Shown piece by piece: positions 60,995-64,000 of a DNA stretch of 64,000 nt (the first letter of the stretch is position 1; every line of letters begins with the position of its first letter). Source of the stretch: Promethearchaeota archaeon. GTDB lineage: Archaea > Asgardarchaeota > Lokiarchaeia > Sigyniarchaeales > SOKP01. The stretch covers positions 1 through 64,000 of the forward strand of contig JAEOTZ010000018.1 of NCBI GenBank assembly GCA_016839585.1, given 5' to 3'. The notes below the pieces were generated by a model. It was not told where the DNA came from. It made no database searches and was given only the letters and a program-made list of their open reading frames with translations. The translations under genes were made by a program, and so were the position numbers.

Positions 60995-62248
60995 CTAAAA
61001 AGTAACCTTCTCTGGATATGTTATCTCTAATAAAGTAAGGGCTTTTTTGGCTATTTCATAGGTAATTGCTCCATCAGTATCTTGGTTTTTAAAAGCTTCT
61101 CTAATTTTTGGTAATAGATATTCTGGGAAAATAATTAATGGTTTAATATCTGTAAGTAACAGTATCCAACTTCGCTTTTTATCATCTTTAATCTCAGTAA
61201 TAATATTCAAATCCTTTAAATCATCAAGGAGAATCTCTGTTACTGCAAATTCGCTAAATATTTTAGGAATTTTGTCAAGAGGATAATGATTATGTCGCAT
61301 GAGCACAAAAAAATCATATACATCAGGATTTAGCATGATAGATGCTAATTTTTTTGTTTCTTCAACTGGTTGCGTATATGGATCGTAATTTGAAAAAAAA
61401 TCAATAACTCTTTGTTTAAATTCTGTTAATAATTCATTTTTTGTTTCTTTGAAATGATTTAATAGATTTTCATTTGGGATTCTTGCCATAAGAATATCTT
61501 TTACTAAAAATAAATATTCTCCTTGGTGTTTAATCTCGCCAGTTTTCTTATCTTTTTCTCCTTTAATCCAGTCACGTCTGATTAAATTTAGTTCTAAGAA
61601 AGGTCTTAGTAAAATATCTACATTTGGGGTAGATTTAAATTTTTCCAATATATCCTTCATTTCTCTTTTAGATATCGGACGATCACGTAAGAGTTCCAAG
61701 ATTTTCATCCTTTCAACACTATTATATATTAAAGAAACTTTCTGAAGTTTATCCAAATTAGATAACCTATCAACTTGAAATATTGTAAACTTTACTTCAT
61801 TTTTTAATCTTATATTTATATTAGAGATTAATGAAACCTGTTTTGAGCTTTTTGCCCGTGTAAGTTTATCAAATATTTTATCCAGTCGATTTCCCATTTC
61901 TTTAATTAGATCCTCAAAAAGCTCAATTTCATCATCTAATTCGAATATTGATATCGCTAAGAATTGTGATCCATCAGCAGATTGCTTAAAATATGAAATA
62001 ATCTGATAAGGAGTTTCTTTTAACCTTCCTGTATAAAAATTGCTGTAGCTATATTTTACGCCGAAGAGTCCAGTTGTATGTTGATAAAATGTAGCAAATA
62101 TATCGTTTTCAGCAATCAATACTGAATAATTATCCTCATTATATGTTTCGTCCCTAAATTCTAATTGTATTGGTTCAAATTCTGGCTCTATTTCGCCTGT
62201 CTCCTTTTGATTTATCTTAAATTGAAATGTTAAAATACCTTGAATCAA
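60995..62248 (-). CDS. Conserved hypothetical protein (possible winged-helix repeats)
   Basis: 417-aa ORF, co-oriented 31 nt upstream of 58774..60963. Confidence 0.7.
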   Translation of the reverse strand: MIQGILTFQFKINQKETGEIEPEFEPIQLEFRDETYNEDNYSVLIAENDIFATFYQHTTGLFGVKYSYSNFYTGRLKETPYQIISYFKQSADGSQFLAISIFELDDEIELFEDLIKEMGNRLDKIFDKLTRAKSSKQVSLISNINIRLKNEVKFTIFQVDRLSNLDKLQKVSLIYNSVERMKILELLRDRPISKREMKDILEKFKSTPNVDILLRPFLELNLIRRDWIKGEKDKKTGEIKHQGEYLFLVKDILMARIPNENLLNHFKETKNELLTEFKQRVIDFFSNYDPYTQPVEETKKLASIMLNPDVYDFFVLMRHNHYPLDKIPKIFSEFAVTEILLDDLKDLNIITEIKDDKKRSWILLLTDIKPLIIFPEYLLPKIREAFKNQDTDGAITYEIAKKALTLLEITYPEKVTF

Positions 62249-62605
62249 TATTATATCCCTCGAAAATTGTTATTATTTAAATTATATATAATTATTTCTT
62301 AAGCAATTTACTTAATTAAAGTTTATCTAATAATGTTTTAAAAATTTAATTTTCTTTGCTTTAATTATTCTGACTTTTAAACAATAATAAATTATAAATA
62401 ATCAATTCCTGAAATTTATATTATACTATCTATATTATACTAGGTAATTTCAGAATATATTTATAGTAAAATAATGTTTTGAAAACAAAATCACAATTCA
62501 ATAAATTAAATTATATATAATGAATTCTTACTAATAATTTATATTTTTTAATTTACTTGTAAATATTAAATTAATACTCTAAGATAGTTAAGGTAAATTG
62601 AGATT

Positions 62606-64000
62606 ATGAAATTCACAATTAAAAAAAAAATTAGTGTAATTTTAACCTTTTTTATATTATTAATTATAATCGTAAATGTACCTGGATTAAACACCCTTAT
62701 TTTCGAAAAAAAGAACGTTAGTAAAATAATGGATAATGATAATATTCATACTTCAGGTGAGATTCGGATCGTTTCTGACTTTTCCTCTCAAGGTTCATGG
62801 TTTTCAGAGTTTGAAGGAGATGAGAGTGATATTAGTACGTCAATAAGTCAAGAACATGCAAATTATGTTATTATAGGAGATTCAGGAAGAACTAATATTG
62901 ATAGTCCTCTCAGTGATACAGATTGGACTGTATTTAATAATCCTGAGTTACCCATATTGCCAGATATATATGAAATTAACTCATCTGGGTGTTATGTTTC
63001 TCATTTATGGCATGAAGATATAAACCAAACTCGAAATAGACCTAGTATACACTGGAAGAGAAATATTACTATGCCTGTTAATATGTCAGATTATATAATT
63101 ACATCTGCGTCTCTTAAAGTTATATTTAATGCAACAGTTACAGTTTCTCCTCATGGTGAACCTACAGGTGGAGAGGGAATAGATAGATTAGGAGATGCAA
63201 ATCTTGATGATTATTCTACAGGGGATTATGCTAGGTTTTATGTTCTCTTGTCTGATATTGAGGAAACTTTTCAACCTATTGAAATAGCAAATAATAATAC
63301 TGCATTGGGGGATCTAGGGCAAGATAGTCCAGCAATAAGTCACTTTTCTGATACTCCGATGGATAAAGTTCCAGAAAATGTCTTAGGTAGTGTTTTAACA
63401 TCTGTTTTAAGAACTGATGGTTATAACTTTACAATTACATTAGGAATAGATATTTATTGTGAAGATAATGAAATTGGTGTAGATATAGATCGATGGAATT
63501 CATTGATAATTCGGTCCTTCAATTTAACCTTTACTTATGAAAAGAAAATTGATCAGTTTACAGCTGCATCTTGGAATCAAATAGGAGAAGAATTAAAGAA
63601 TAGTACAGATATTCAACTTAATGAAGCTACCCTTGAAATTCAAAACTATAAAGTTGATCGCCTGTGGCCTTATCTATCTTCTCCAAACTCTGAAATAAGA
63701 ATTTTAATTAATGACAAACAACATATTGAAACCATAAAATTAAGTTCAGTCGATACCGAGGGTGATGACGACGAATTTGATGTAACTTCATTAATTACAA
63801 AAGGTATAAACATCAGTCTAGCAATTCAAGTTTTTCTCGCAGATACTTTCGAATTAGCTGAGAACATCACAGTTTCAATTAATAAAGTAAGTCTTATAAT
63901 TGATTACACCGACCTTTCTGGCGAAAGTACTGAAGAACCTCTTATATTTGGAATATTATTTATAGTTGTTTTAATAGTTTCTGCTGGATTAGGTGGTTAC
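62606..64000 (+). CDS. Secreted/surface protein with signal peptide and C-terminal TM anchor (partial)
   Basis: MKFTIKKKISVILTFFILLIIIV signal peptide; acidic S/T/D/N-rich body; EEPLIFGILFIVVLIVSAGLGGY at the window edge. Confidence 0.75.
   Translation, partial: MKFTIKKKISVILTFFILLIIIVNVPGLNTLIFEKKNVSKIMDNDNIHTSGEIRIVSDFSSQGSWFSEFEGDESDISTSISQEHANYVIIGDSGRTNIDSPLSDTDWTVFNNPELPILPDIYEINSSGCYVSHLWHEDINQTRNRPSIHWKRNITMPVNMSDYIITSASLKVIFNATVTVSPHGEPTGGEGIDRLGDANLDDYSTGDYARFYVLLSDIEETFQPIEIANNNTALGDLGQDSPAISHFSDTPMDKVPENVLGSVLTSVLRTDGYNFTITLGIDIYCEDNEIGVDIDRWNSLIIRSFNLTFTYEKKIDQFTAASWNQIGEELKNSTDIQLNEATLEIQNYKVDRLWPYLSSPNSEIRILINDKQHIETIKLSSVDTEGDDDEFDVTSLITKGINISLAIQVFLADTFELAENITVSINKVSLIIDYTDLSGESTEEPLIFGILFIVVLIVSAGLGGY

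Noticed and set aside
62249-62605. Very AT-rich divergent spacer as replication origin
   Set aside because: No cdc6/orc gene or ORB repeats; consistent with divergent promoters
1-64000. CRISPR arrays, tRNA/rRNA genes, IS elements, genome-wide UGA reassignment
   Set aside because: No periodic repeats, GC-rich structural RNA or transposase motifs were seen; TGA still acts as a normal stop (e.g. 21556-21558)

Overview
Low-GC, gene-dense archaeal chromosome segment, most likely an Asgard archaeon (Lokiarchaeia-like). That assignment is inferred from tandem Rab-like GTPases, a longin/uDENN-GTPase fusion, a geranylgeranyl reductase, multi-Sec HdrA/MvhD with a eukaryote-like 3' SECIS, and a C-terminally anchored surface protein. 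Content is mostly anaerobic heterotrophic metabolism (SDRs, TPP enzyme, beta-oxidation enzymes, AOR, HdrA-MvhD-FdhB-like cluster), plus thyX, hypB, a SNF2/RapA helicase, a di-myo-inositol-phosphate (DIP)-type cluster, an MNT-HEPN toxin-antitoxin pair, a HerA-like ATPase and transporters. Strongest signal: the class I GAPDH gene is interrupted 19 codons before its end by a 30-nt insert that folds with its flanks into a canonical bulge-helix-bulge motif. Cleavage at the canonical positions exactly restores the conserved SWYDNEWG motif, so this is a candidate tRNA-endonuclease-spliced mRNA intron. Other signals: five in-frame UGA (Sec) codons across hdrA and mvhD with a single downstream SECIS candidate; diverged gene-end duplicates flanking inserted genes (recombination scars); and a hairpin-bracketed 9-codon ORF with a strong SD. 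No tRNA, rRNA, CRISPR array or IS element was recognised. All calls come from reading motifs by eye; no database searches were run.
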